A DNA stretch of 64,000 nt from Callorhinchus milii (Eukaryota): the NCBI RefSeq assembly GCF_018977255.1, contig NW_024704743.1, positions 68,698,001 to 68,762,000 on the forward strand. Direction: 5' to 3'. Below, one piece after another: positions 29,246 to 41,349 of this stretch. Each line of letters opens with the position of its first letter. Positions within the stretch are counted from its first letter, which is position 1. The notes under the pieces were generated by a model. That model had not been told where the DNA came from, searched no databases, and saw only the letters and a list, made by a program, of their open reading frames with translations. The translations under genes and the position numbers were made by a program.

Positions 29246-31847
29246 GGGCTGGGGATCCAGTGAGTGAGTGAGTGAGTGAGAGAGTGAGAGAGAGAGCAGA
29301 GGGCTGGGGATCCAGTGAGTGAGTGAGTGAGTGAGAGAGTGAGAGAGAGAGCAGAGGGCTGGGGATCCAGTGAGTGAGTGAGTGAGTGAGTGAGTGAGTG
29401 AGAGAGTGAGAGAGAGCAGAGGGCTGGGGATCCAGTGAGTGAGTGAGTGAGTGAGAGAGCAGAGGGCTGGGGATCCAGTGAGTGAGAGACTGAGAGAGAG
29501 AGCAGAGGGCTGGGGATCCAGTGAGTGAGTGAGTGAGTGAGAGAGAGAGCAGAGGGCTGGGGATCCAGTGAGTGAGTGAGAGAGAGAGAGCAGAGGGCTG
29601 GGGATCCAGTGAGTGAGTGAGAGAGTGAGAGAGCAGAGGGCTGGGGATCCAGTGAGTGAGTGAGAGAGAGAGAGCAGAGGGCTGGGGATCCAGTGAGTGA
29701 GTGAGAGAGTGAGAGAGCAGAGGGCTGAGGATCCAGTGAGAGAGTGAGAGAGTGAGAGAGCAGAGGGCTGGGGATCCAGTGAGTGAGTGAGTGAGTGAGA
29801 GAGAGAGAGCAGAGGGCTGGGGATCCAGTGAGTGAGTGAGTGAGTGAGAGTGAGAGAGAGAGCAGAGGGCTGGGGATCCAGTGAGTGAGTGAGTGAGAGA
29901 GAGCAGAGGGCTGGGGATCCAGTGAGTGAGTGAGTGAGAGAGAGCAGAGGGCTGGGGATCCAGTGAGTGAGTGAGAGAGTGAGTGAGTGAGAGAGAGAGA
30001 GAGAGCAGAGGGCTGGGGATCCAGTGAGTGAGTGAGTGAGAGAGAGAGTGAGAGAGAGAGCAGAGGGCTGGGGATCCAGTGAGTGAGTGAGTGAAGTGAG
30101 AGAGAGAGCAGAGGGCTGGGGATCCAGTGAGTGAGTGAGTGAGAGAGAGCAGAGGGCTGGGGATCCAGTGAGTGAGTGAGTGAGTGAGAGAGAGCAGAGG
30201 GCTGGGGATCCAGTGAGAGAGAGAGAGTGAGAGAGAGAGCAGAGGGCTGGGGATCCAGTGAGTGAGAGAGAGAGAGAGAGAGCAGAGGGCTGGGGATCCA
30301 GTGAGTGAGAGAGAGAGCAGAGGGCTGGGGATCCAGTGACTGAGAGAGAGAGACAGAGCAGAGGGCTGGGGATCCAGTGAGTGAGCGAGAGAGAGAGAGC
30401 AGAGGGCTGGGGATCCAGTGAGTGAGCGAGAGAGAGAGCAGAGGGCTGGGGATCCAGTGAGTGAGAGAGTGAGAGAGAGCAGAGGGCTGGGGATCCAGTG
30501 AGTGAGAGAGAGTGAGAGAGAGCAGAGGGCTGGGGATCCAGTGAGTGAGAGAGAGTGAGAGAGCAGAGGGCTGGGGATCCAGTGAGAGAGTGATAAAGAG
30601 CAGAGGGCTGGGGATCCAGTGAGTGAGAGAGTGAGAGAGAGAGCAGAGGGCTGGGGATCCAGTGAGTGAGAGAGAGTGAGAGAGAGCAGAGGGCTGGGGA
30701 TCCAGTGAGTGAGAGAGAGTGAGAGAGAGAGCAGAGGGCTGGGGATCCAGTGAGAGAGAGAGCAGAGGGCTGGGGATCCAGTGAGTGAGAGAGTGAGAGA
30801 GCAGAGGGCTGGGGATCCAGTGAGTGAGAGAGCAGAGGATCCAGTGAGTGAGAGAGTGAGAGAGAGCAGAGGGCTGGGGATCCAGTGAGTGAGAGAGAGA
30901 GAGAGCAGAGGGCTGGGGATCCAGTGAGTGAGAGAGCAGAGGGCTGGGGATCCAGTGAGTGAGTGAGTGAGAGAGAGAGCAGAGGGCTGGGGATCCAGTG
31001 AGTGAGAGAGTGAGAGAGAGAGCAGAGGGCTGGGGATCCAGTGAGTGAGAGAGAGAGAGAGCAGAGGGCTGGAGATCCCGTGAGTGAGAGAGTGAGAGAG
31101 AGAGCAGAGGGCTGGGGATCCAGTGAGAGAGAGTGAGAGAGAGAGCAGAGGGCTGGGGATCCAGTGAGAGAGAGAGAGTGAGAGAGCAGAGGGCTGGGGA
31201 TCCAGTGAGTGAGAGAGTGAGAGAGAGAGCAGAGGGCTGGGGATCCAGTGAGAGAGAGAGTGAGAGAGAGAGAGCAGAGGGCTGGGGATCCAGTGAGTGA
31301 GTGAGAGAGCAGAGGGCTGGGGATCCAGTGAGTGAGTGAGTGAGAGAGAGAGCAGAGGGCTGGGGATCCAGTGAGTGAGTGAGAGAGCAGAGGGCTGGGG
31401 ATCCAGTGAGTGAGTGAGAGAGCAGAGGGCTGGGGATCCAGTGAGTGAGTGAGAGAGAGAGCAGAGGGCTGGGGATCCAGTGAGTGAGTGAGAGAGTGAG
31501 AGAGAGCAGAGGGCTGGGGATCCAGTGAGAGAGAGAGCAGAGGGCTGGGGATCCAGTGAGTGAGAGAGAGAGCAGAGGGCTGGGGATCCAGTGAGAGAGA
31601 GAGAGTGAGAGAGAGAGAGCAGAGGGCTGGGGATCCAGTGAGTGAGAGAGTGAGAGAGAGCAGAGGGCTGGGGATCCAGTGAGAGAGAGAGCAGAGGGCT
31701 GGGGATCCAGTGAGAGAGAGAGCAGAGGGCTGGGGATCCAGTGAGTGAGAGAGAGCAGAGGGCTGGGGATCCAGTGAGAGAGAGAGCAGAGGGCTGGGGA
31801 TCCAGTGAGAGAGAGAGAGCAGAGGGCTGGGGACCCACCCAGTGAGT
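29246..31847. repeat. ~2.6 kb minisatellite, core GCAGAGGGCTGGGGATCCAGTGA + variable (GTGA)n(GA)n spacer
   Basis: Roughly 60 units of ~30-60 bp, nearly all containing GGATCC. Confidence 0.98.
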
Positions 31848-31974
31848 AACGAGAGGGAAAGAAGCTGATCTTTAAACGGTGCCTCTATCTTTGCTGAGAT
31901 TCGTGGCTGAGATGTTGTGCGGCTGAGAGCTTTGTATAGAAAAAAAAATCTCGTGTTTGTAATGTGATTGGGAA

Positions 31975-32570
31975 GACGGCATATGGTGCGGGTACCTCCA
32001 GCCAGTGAGTGAGAGCGGACAGCAGGAGGCGGTGTGTGCACTGAGGGCTGACAGACGGACACAGGGAGACAGGGAGGGAGGGCTGTGCTGTGCTGAGCGG
32101 TGCTGGACTGGCCCCGCCCCCGCCCCGCCCCGCCCCGCGCGCCCGGGCTCGCCGGCCGTGCGCGTGCAGCGCCCTGACGCGGCCCCGGCCCGCCGCGTGA
32201 CGTCGTACGGGGTGCGTGCGGTGCGTGCGTGCGTCTCGGTGCCGCCTGGCGACGCCTTCGCTCTCGCCCGCGAGCGAGCGAGCGAGTGAGTGAGTGAGTG
32301 AGCGAGCGAGCGCGCCTGCGCCTGCCTCGTCCTCGTGCGTGCGTGCGTGCGTGTGCGTGCGTGCGCGCGCGAGGCCCCGGCGCGACGGTTAGGGCGGGGC
32401 CCCCGGGGCATGATGGGAGAGAGCGTGTCCAAACGGCTGAGGAGCGAGACCGAGATGGAGGAGCGCTCGTTCTGCAACCCCTTCCCCGACTACACGGCCC
32501 CCGCCACAGCCACAGCCACCGCCACCGACCCCGGGGAGCTGGACCAGTGGTTCGACACGCAGGGAAAGGT
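31975..32570 (+). promoter_or_regulatory. CpG island / TATA-less promoter and 5' UTR of LANCL2
   Basis: Abrupt GC- and CpG-rich segment. Tandem GC boxes (GCCCCGCCCC, 32111-32137), CRE half-site TGACG (32175-32179), CRE-like TGACGTCG (32198-32205) and NRF1-like GCGCCTGCGC (32312-32321). No ATG between ~32200 and 32409. Confidence 0.85.
32413..32568 (+). CDS. LANCL2: LANCL2 coding exon 1 (an extra in-frame ATG lies at 32410)
   Basis: MGESVSKRLRSETEMEERSFCNPFPDY...FDTQGK resembles human MGETMSKRLK...EMEERAFVNPFPDY...FHQDGK. Donor AAG|GTAATT at 32569. Confidence 0.95.
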
Positions 32571-32688
32571 AATTATTATTCATTTAACTGAATAAAGTTC
32601 TTCTTAAAAGAGAGGCCATTTGGGCAGCTCGGTTCATAGGGTTCAGTCCGACATCAGCCCCCGGGGGCTGTGACCTGCCCTGAGCTAC

Positions 32689-32721
<33 letters not shown>

Positions 32722-33065
32722 CCCTGACTTTGATACAGCCCCTATCACGTCTTTGAGACGTTTCAAAGTGCCTCACGGAATATACCGTAAAGTGAATTGA
32801 CTCTTTATTTTGTGGGTAAAATGCAGTTTGTGCACTAAAATGTTGTTGTTGTTGTAATGTCTCACAAACAGCCGTAGAGTGAATGACCAGTGTTGTAGGG
32901 GATGGATCTGTTGGCCACGACACTGGGATCTTTAATGACCACCTGAACAGGGAGAAGGGACCTCGGTTTAACGTCTCATCCGGAGGTCTCATCCCGTCAC
33001 CGAGAGGTGTCTGTCTGTTCAGGTGGACCTTACAATCCTATTCAAAAAGAAAAGGGGAGTTTATA
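32689..33065 (-). mobile_element. SINE tail/body plus Deu domain with an inverted Deu piece
   Basis: (AAT)n tail, body, then gatctttaatgaccacctgaacag...cctcggtttaacgtctcatcc followed by a plus-strand Deu fragment. Confidence 0.75.
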
Positions 33066-33529
33066 CCATCACACTGAGTTCACACCCATAACACATCCCT
33101 CCCTCATCTGGTACTGAGGCACACCTTCCTCTCACCAGAGTGCACAGCCACGAATGATAACTCAAGCTCAAAAGACACAAATGTCATCAAACTTTTCGAA
33201 CAAGAAAAAAATTAATGTGCTATATCCCAAATCTGGTTAGCGTAAAATAAAAATAATTATAGCAAATACTGAAACACCAGTTTAAGTTGGAAACGTGCAT
33301 ACAAAAAAATGCTGAATGACGATGACATTTTTCCAAATCAATTATGCAAATTATGGACCCAAAGTGAAGAGCATAAATAGTGCAGCAAAATAAAATCTTA
33401 TGTTCTCTAAATTACTGAACCAAGAACATCACCAAATTATATCCTTCAAGGAAGCAAAGACTGACCCAAACCTTTTCATGTGTACAGTATCTGCAACATC
33501 CTGAACTCCTACTTTCCCATTGTAGCCAA

Positions 33530-33970
33530 AACCATTCCAATGCCCTCCTCACCGGTCTTCCATTATCCACAAACTTCCAACAATTTCAGAATTACACTGT
33601 TCGTATTCTCACCCACACTAAACTCTGCACTACCATCATAGGTTCCACTGGCTCTCTTTCACAGATCGGATCCTCACACTCCTACAAATCCTTTCATGCT
33701 CTGGTACCTCCCTACCTTTTCCACTCACTTACTCCCCACTCCACCACCCACCGCGTCCGCTCGGCTGGATCCAGCCACTATGCCCCTACACTTCGGAACT
33801 CACTCCCTCAATCCCTTCGTCTTGCCCCCTCCTTCCACGTTTTGAGATCATGCCTGAAGACCTTCCTATTTGACCGTACTCATGGTCACCTCCTCTCTCC
33901 CTTTGCTTGGCGTCAGCTTCCGGCAAGCGCTCCGGGACACTACCCCGCGTGAAGGGTGCTATATAAATGT
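33530..33970 (+). mobile_element. L2-type LINE 3' fragment
   Basis: ttccactggctc...ccttcctatttgaccg...gtgaagggtgctatataaatg. Confidence 0.7.
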
Positions 33971-34643
33971 CCCCTCCCTCAGCCCCCCTGCGTGAGCTCA
34001 AGTGCATAAATAACTTTGAGACATCCTCCCAATGTTATAATTGCAATATAAATATAAATTTGTTCTCTTTAGGAACCTAGAATTTATGAACCATTGATAT
34101 TATTTTCATATCAGTGTTCCAGTATAGTACATAGTTAATCATTGAAACCAAATGAATCTTCAAAGCTTTTTAAAGCATTGTCATTTTTGATTTTCTTTTG
34201 CAAAAACTGATTTAATAGTTAATAGTTTGGATTTATGTAGTGTTGCTCACATAAAAATAAGTGTCTCTGTGTTTACAAAATGTAATTGAGATAACAAGGT
34301 AATCTGAATCCGCAATGTCCTATAAACATCAATGAGATGAGCAGCCAATTTATTTTCATTTCATGATAAATTTGATGAGGAGAGGAATATAAGGCAGTTT
34401 AACCAGGAGAAATGCTTCAAGTTTATAATAACCCTTGCATTTTATATAGTACCTTATCACGTCATTGATCATCTCAAATAATTTCATAGGATTCACTGTG
34501 AACTGTAGTGACTGTGCATTTGTAGACCAGTATGATAGCCAACTTGCGCGCAAACTGAATGACCAATTCCATATGGAGCCACCAGGAAAAACTCCATTCT
34601 CTTTTTGAGGAGTGAACAAGCAGAAGAAATGTCATCTTAATAT

Positions 34644-34815
34644 AATAATAATAATCCTTGCATTTGATATAACGCTTTTCACGACTTCGAGACGTCTCAA
34701 AGCTCTTCACCGAATATACTGTAAAGTGAATTGACTGTATATTTGTGGGCGAAACGCGGCAGCCAATTCCACACAGCAGTGTCCCACAAACAATCGTGGA
34801 TTGAGTGACCAAATT
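34644..34815 (-). mobile_element. SINE 3' half
   Basis: (AAT)n tail and body matching the other copies. Confidence 0.85.
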
Positions 34816-35928
34816 TTTTTTATATGATTAGATCGCATCTGAAGGATGGACCTCCGACAATGCAGCCCTTCATTATTACATTGGAGCGTAAGCCTAAACT
34901 ATGAGCTCAAAGTCCCTACCTGGGGCTTGAACTCTTCTGACTCAACTACCAACTGAACTTCTTGTAAATGCAGTCAAACCTGTTATGCAACCACTTACTG
35001 TCAACAACCACCCTGGAACAGTCCCAATGGACTTTCCACAATAAACCACTTCTATTCATCAAAGACCTGTCTAACACAGCCAATGGACACTTTTTTTTAG
35101 CCCTGTCAGTGTATTGACACCCCTTCAACGAGCAGTTTTAAGTGAATTTAAGAGTACTTACCAGTAACGCATTACTAATTTCTGCATTGGTAATGCATTA
35201 ATGTAGAATCCTGCTAGACTGCTAGTGCATTTACTGTGCTTAGCAGCCCATGTGATGCTCATGGATTCCTGCCTCACTGGTGAGATGTCGTTCAATGAAC
35301 CAACGGACACTTACTCAGAGACTAACCTCACATAGAGAGGTCACTTTGGTCCAGTCCCCTGATTGGTTGCTTGAAACAGACTATACGTTACTTAGAAGTG
35401 TTTAAAAAGTATATTCAAATATTCAACGTCCCTTATGCAACCAGTTTTAGTGGTTAATATTACTAGATAGATATAATTTTTTCATCAAATTAAATACCAC
35501 ACGTTCTAAAAATACAAAACCATTGATATAATATTTAAACCGATAGATTTAGCACCAAAGAGTTGTCTATATCCTATTACACTGTGCCACGTGATCTTTG
35601 CATGATGTTTGCCTGAATTCAGGCAAGTTGTTTGTAGATGTGTGAGAAAGAGCAGTGATGACAGGTGGAAAGGAGCGAGAGGGGAAGAGGTAGTTGGAAT
35701 AAATGATTCATAGAGGTTTTGAAGTCGCTACAAAGGAGAAACGCAGGAGGAAGAAATGTACATTTTACAATTTACTATAGGAAATGCTTGAATACTCAAC
35801 ATAGTTTTGTATGGGTAAACACAGTAAACGAATATTCAAAGTGGTCAGTTTCTGACTACGGTATTTATGTTTTTATCTACTGTCTGATATTGAAAACGTA
35901 TGGCATGATAAATATGTTATTTTCACAG

Positions 35929-36046
35929 ATCAATCCCATCTTCAGAAAGCGGATTGAAACTAAAATAAAGGACCTCCTGATACAGATGGAGGAGGGTCTG
36001 AAGACTGCAGATCCTCATGATTGTTCTGCTTACACTGGTTGGACAG
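35929..36046 (+). CDS. LANCL2: LANCL2 coding exon 2
   Basis: tttcacAG acceptor; INPIFRKRIETKIKDLLIQMEEGLKTADPHDCSAYTGWTG; donor G|GTGCG; 118 bp. Confidence 0.96.
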
Positions 36047-38599
36047 GTGCGAATATTGCCGTTTCTGGTGTGTGTGTGTGTGTGTAAAAAAAAAACCTCA
36101 AACCTGTTCACTGCATATGGGCACTTTGGCCTTTTATCACCTGTTTATGATTGGAATTCCCATTTCTATGGGTATGTGATCAACTTGTTATGCTTTTAGA
36201 ATGATGCCACTGTATCGTATGCATTTTTTATTTGTTTTTTTCTTCACAATTTGTCGCTTTTACAAAATTTTTAAATGTTCTTATATTTTGCCCCCATTTC
36301 CTATGTCTTGAAACATTACTCTGCTCAAGATAAAGAACAGGTGATTCCCACGCTTTCCCCCCCCTCAACTAACCAGTCCACTGCTTCACTCTTCAGGTTG
36401 TCAGTGTTACCTGTGTAAGAGAGGATGATGTTTTCTCTTTTTCCATTTCCCAATTATAGTAGAGATGAGATTTGTAGCCAATTACAGTAGGACCCAATTA
36501 TAATGCATTGGGGTTACAATATGTAGATTTCTGTTAGGGACGGCCTTGACATTTATTTACCAAATGTGATCAACATCAGAGACAAGCTGATGAACTGGAA
36601 GTTTGTCTTCCTGTGTGTGGCAGGCATTTTGAAATGCCAATGGAGCTGGTTGTCTTTATGCACATTTGACTGGGGATTGTGCTCCATTATAGAGCTGGTT
36701 GGTATTTTATGGACCCATTGGGGCTGCACTTTATGTGAGGAATAATAGATGCATCACTGTGCTTGGTTTTAATCATCAATCTGAATTTTAAACAAAGCTA
36801 TTTAGTAGTCTAATAAAATGGACTAGGTGATGATATAATGAGTGATGCATGCTATTTTATTATGCAAGTTATAAAGGTAGCACATTGTATTGGATACTAC
36901 AGTCTTGTGTTCTAATCTAAAGTATTTGTAAACCAATGCACTATTGCTACTGGGAGGAACAGGAGGCCTTGGAGAAATCTGTTGGCAGTTGCCATGTTTT
37001 TAGGAACAAAACAATAAGTGCTCTAGAAGCTTGTATTGTATATTTATGCTTCATTCTGCATATTTCTTGTTCGTTGGTGTAAGATTACAAATATTGTAAT
37101 TCCAACTATTGCGTTTCCAATCTTGGCCAACATTTTGAAGGATCTCTTAGCGGAAGCTTCACTCTTTTATTCACTCCCCTCCTCTGACTCCTCCATTGTC
37201 AACAGGAGAGAGTAAAATTAGAGGGTGAATTAAATTGTGAAAGTCTCACACTATCTAATGCCCAACTTGAGAGAAGATGGAAGAGGTCATCACATGAGGC
37301 CATGAAAAAGTACAAGTGTTGAGGGTGAGAAGAAATCTAAGCAAGAATCTAAGCAAAAAAAACTTGAGTATAGGAGTAAGAAAGAGCCACTTACCTTTAC
37401 TACCTTTTGACAACTCAGCCTGGGTAGGAATTCATTCTCATTCTATCCTTCAATTAGAATTTAATCTGGGTCTTTATAATTTATAATACAATCTGAGATA
37501 TGGATTTGTAGGCATAAAATTTCCTCCTGACTCAGGAAACTGTCAGTTCCTTTAATTGAACAACAATTCATCCTTTACTGTATTTTGTGTATAAATGCTT
37601 CCATAAAAGCAACTATTTCTTGAGGGGAAGAAAAATCTTAATGTTTTGATGGGATTTAATTTTTTTCTTTTAATAAGATTTAAGAATAAGAGCCGGTAAG
37701 AAACAGTATTATGTCAAATATCATGACCTCCGTGTTGATCTCTTGTTTTAAATTGCAAAACAAAACCAAAATAAAAATGTTATAACATTTGCCTACAAGT
37801 AAACAGTCACTACAGTTTACAGTGTATCTTGTGAAGTGCTTTGAGACATTGATTGTCATCCTGATGTGAAAAGCACTATAGCAAATGCATGGATTGTCAT
37901 TTATTAATAATATTTGAGCATCTACTGATGCATCCACACTTGTATCTCAAGTACCTATGCCAGGCGTAAGTCACAAATTCCAGGATAAGTTTCAGATGGG
38001 GAGAGAGGCATATTGATGGATTGTTATTTGTATAAAAGTTGCTTCCCATTTACCCGTTTCTTGCGATCTAGTGAAGTGAGAATTTGATTCTGCACATCGT
38101 GCTGAGGAATGGAATTTTTTGTTTACTGGCCATTCCACTTCCTTTTCAATTGAGCGGGTGCTGCATCCCCAGGATACAAAACGGGGTGCATTTTAACGTT
38201 CAAGGATGAGATCTGAAAGGCTTTTATCCAAACTGATCTTGCGATCAGTTCTTTTTCAGTTATGCCATGGAATCTTTAGAGTGACCCTGAACAGGCAGAC
38301 AACATTTCATCTGAAGAATGGCACCTCCAAATACAGCACACCACAAGCACTGCATTGGAGGGCCACCCTTGCCTCTACAAATTCAAAATCTTATTGTGGG
38401 TCTTGGACTCATAACCTTCCATCTCAGAGGAGAGAGTGTTACCAAGTGACCCAGACTGATGCTTTTAAGCCACAATTCCAGATAATTCAAACATGGGTCT
38501 CTAGCAGACTCTCTCCATTCTGAATAGCAACCATATACCCCCATTTTCTGTTTCCTATGGTTTAATGAACATTCCATCCTTGCTGCCATCTTTCCATTA

Positions 38600-39470
38600 A
38601 CAACAACTTTCATTTATAGTGTGCCCTTCACATGGGTTGGTGTCTTGGAGCACTTAACAATGGCAGAGCTTGACACAGAGCCAGTGGGTGGAGGGGTGTG
38701 TGTGTGGAGATGGCCTAATGCACGGTAAAGAGGAAGGAGGAGGCAAGGGGGAGGGATTAAGGCAGAGTGCCATCATTTTGGGGTATAATGGCTGAAAATA
38801 CAAATGTCGATGGTGGAGGAGAAGGATGAGGGATTTGTAGAAGGCCCAAGCTGGCTGAGTGAAGGAGGCGAATAGAGGACCAAGCAGATCGGAGAGGTAG
38901 GAGCATAAAGTGATTCGCACATATTGGAGGATCTTGAAATCAATCCATTCTGTAATTGGGAGTCAGTGAACCCAGGCAAGTATTGGGATGATGGGGATAT
39001 GTAGTTTGGTGCCAGTTAGGATCCAGGCAGCAGAGTTTTTATAAAACTTAATTATATAAATGGTGGCACTGGAGAGACCAGCAATGAGGGCATTGGCATA
39101 ATTGAAATGGGAGTTGGCAAATGCATGGAAAAGGCTTTCGGCTGCGTTGGGGGTGAGGTATGGTCGGAGGTTGGGAAATTGGCAGAGGTGGAGAAAAGTG
39201 GTCCTGGTCAGAGGCCAATTGTAGAGAAGGTAGGATAGCTGGGGGTCAATACTTACATCTAGATTGCGTCTGAGGGATAGGTCGGGGGCTGAAGGATAGG
39301 CCAGAGAGTTTCAGGAGATCAGAGCCATGGTGTGGAGACATTGACTGGAACCAAGAAGGATGTTTTTTGTCTTGTCAATGTTCAGCCGCAGGAAATTGGT
39401 ACTCATCCAAGCCTTTATGTCTGACAAGCAAGAGGCAGAATATCAGGGGACCTGGAGTTTCGGCTGGAGG
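38600..39470 (-). mobile_element. L2-type LINE fragment (old)
   Basis: Tail at 38600-38655 and degenerate ORF2 continuing to ...WMSTNFLRLNIDKTK on the minus strand. Confidence 0.75.
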
Positions 39471-41112
39471 AGTAATAGATTTTGCTGTCATTAACACCGT
39501 GTACTTTCATTTTTTTTAACCAGCCTCTTATTCAGCACCGTATCAAAAGTCTTTCGAAAATCCATATATACCACATCGACAGCCCTACCTTTATCAAATC
39601 TCTGCTATTTCATCAAATAACTCCTATTAGATTTGCCAAGCAAGCTTTGTGATCAACAAATCAATGCTGACTATCTTTAATCAATCCATGGTTTCCTAAG
39701 TGATTATTATTATTCCATAGCATAGCCTCGAAACGTTTTCCTAATAGGAAAATGTTAGGCTGATTGGTCTATAATTATTGCACACAGCTGTAAAAACAGA
39801 TGAAAAGGATTCAGTATCCTAGGAATCCTAGTTTTAGCTGCACTTTTTTTATTCCTTGTATCAATATGCATAAATCTATGTTCTATTCATCCCATATTTG
39901 AATCAAATGAATCTTTCCCACTGTTTATCTACTGTCCGGTCTGCCAGTCTTTCTACAAGTTTATCTGTGTTAGTTCCTTTCTCATTTCCTTGCAATTTTC
40001 CAGTTGGGTACCTTTGTCCTTGACTACCTCCTTTTCAATTTGTACATGAAATAATATTGTGGACACTATTTGCTAGATGCTCCCCAATCCTCATTGCTCA
40101 CTAGCAGACTTTATTTCCTAGAACAAGATTGAGAATTGCCTCCTTCCTAGTTGGACTTGAATCATGCTGATTAAGAAAACAATCCTGTGTACGTTGTTGA
40201 AAAGCTTGACTTGCTGCCAATTAATGGTGATTTGCCCTCTATATAAAGATCAGGTTATTTTTAAGCAAGTTACAAACTAAAGGGTGAAACTTTTTTTAAA
40301 AAAAAACTTTGTTTTGTTTTGCGGCCATAAAATTAGACAGCATGTTATAGCATGCCTATGGAAAAAAAGGCCACCGGTTTTCAATACCCACACCCCTCCC
40401 CCCCTTTCTGAGTCGTCAGATTATCACTGACATGAAATTTTCCTTTGATTTTCAATTTTATTTTTGATCAGCCAGATGTCTGACACATGCAGAAGGCCAT
40501 CATCATGCTCAAGATTAGTCAAACTACTATAATGTACGTCATCTACATATGGAAATTTCCCAGGGTCAAGACAGTCACTGAAATGGAGCTGAGGGGCAGA
40601 GCTTCAAGGAGGTCTTATCAATGCAACACAATTGAGGTTTGAAGTACAGCTGGAAGTCGAGCTGAATGCCAAGATATAGCTGTGGCTAATTAAACTTGAT
40701 ATTCCACAGATGCAGGAAGGTGGATTTGGTCGAGTACCTTCAAGATCCTTTCAATGCAGGGTGCTCAAACTGAATTTCTCATATTCCTATACATGCTGTT
40801 GTTAAATTTGTTATTGCACATCTGAAATACCACTGAATTCAACCTATTATAATAGCATTGGAGAAATATGAGAAGTTTAATTTTAAATAGTTTTTGATTT
40901 GTGTGTATGTATAATTTTGTATATGTAGAAAATGAGAGAGAAGTAGAAAGGATTGGAGAAACATGAGCAGCAAGGTAACATGGAACAGACAGTAGTTGAT
41001 TTAATTAATAAATGATAAATTTAACAGTTGTATACAAATATTGAAGGGGGGTGAAGAGTGCTGCTTCTACATATGCTCTTTAATTATGGTTTCCTGCTTT
41101 TTTTGACACTAG

Positions 41113-41320
41113 GGATCGCCCTTCTTTACCTGCAGTGTTTCCGTGTGACACACAAGTTGGCACATCTTCAGCGTTCCCTGGACTATGTGAAGAGGACTTT
41201 GCGTAATCTGAATGGTCGAAAAGTCACATTTCTGTGTGGTGATGCCGGACCTTTAGCTGTTGGTGCTGTGGTGCACCATAAACTGAAAAATGAAACTGAA
41301 TCTCTGGATTGCATTAAGAA
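41113..41320 (+). CDS. LANCL2: LANCL2 coding exon 3
   Basis: acactAG acceptor; IALLYLQCFRVTHK...SLDYVKRTLRNLNGRKVTFLCGDAGPLAVGAVVHHKLKNETESLDCIK; donor AA|GTATG; 208 bp. Confidence 0.96.
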
Positions 41321-41349
41321 GTATGGGATTAGTCCATATTTATAGCCGA

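Noticed and set aside
29246..31847. CRISPR-like constant repeat with variable spacers
   Set aside because: Spacers are only GA/GTGA microsatellite variants rather than unique sequences, there are no cas genes, and the context is a vertebrate genome.
31872..32477. 201-aa antisense ORF over the LANCL2 promoter
   Set aside because: Explained by high GC content and simple repeats (few stop codons); no recognisable protein features.
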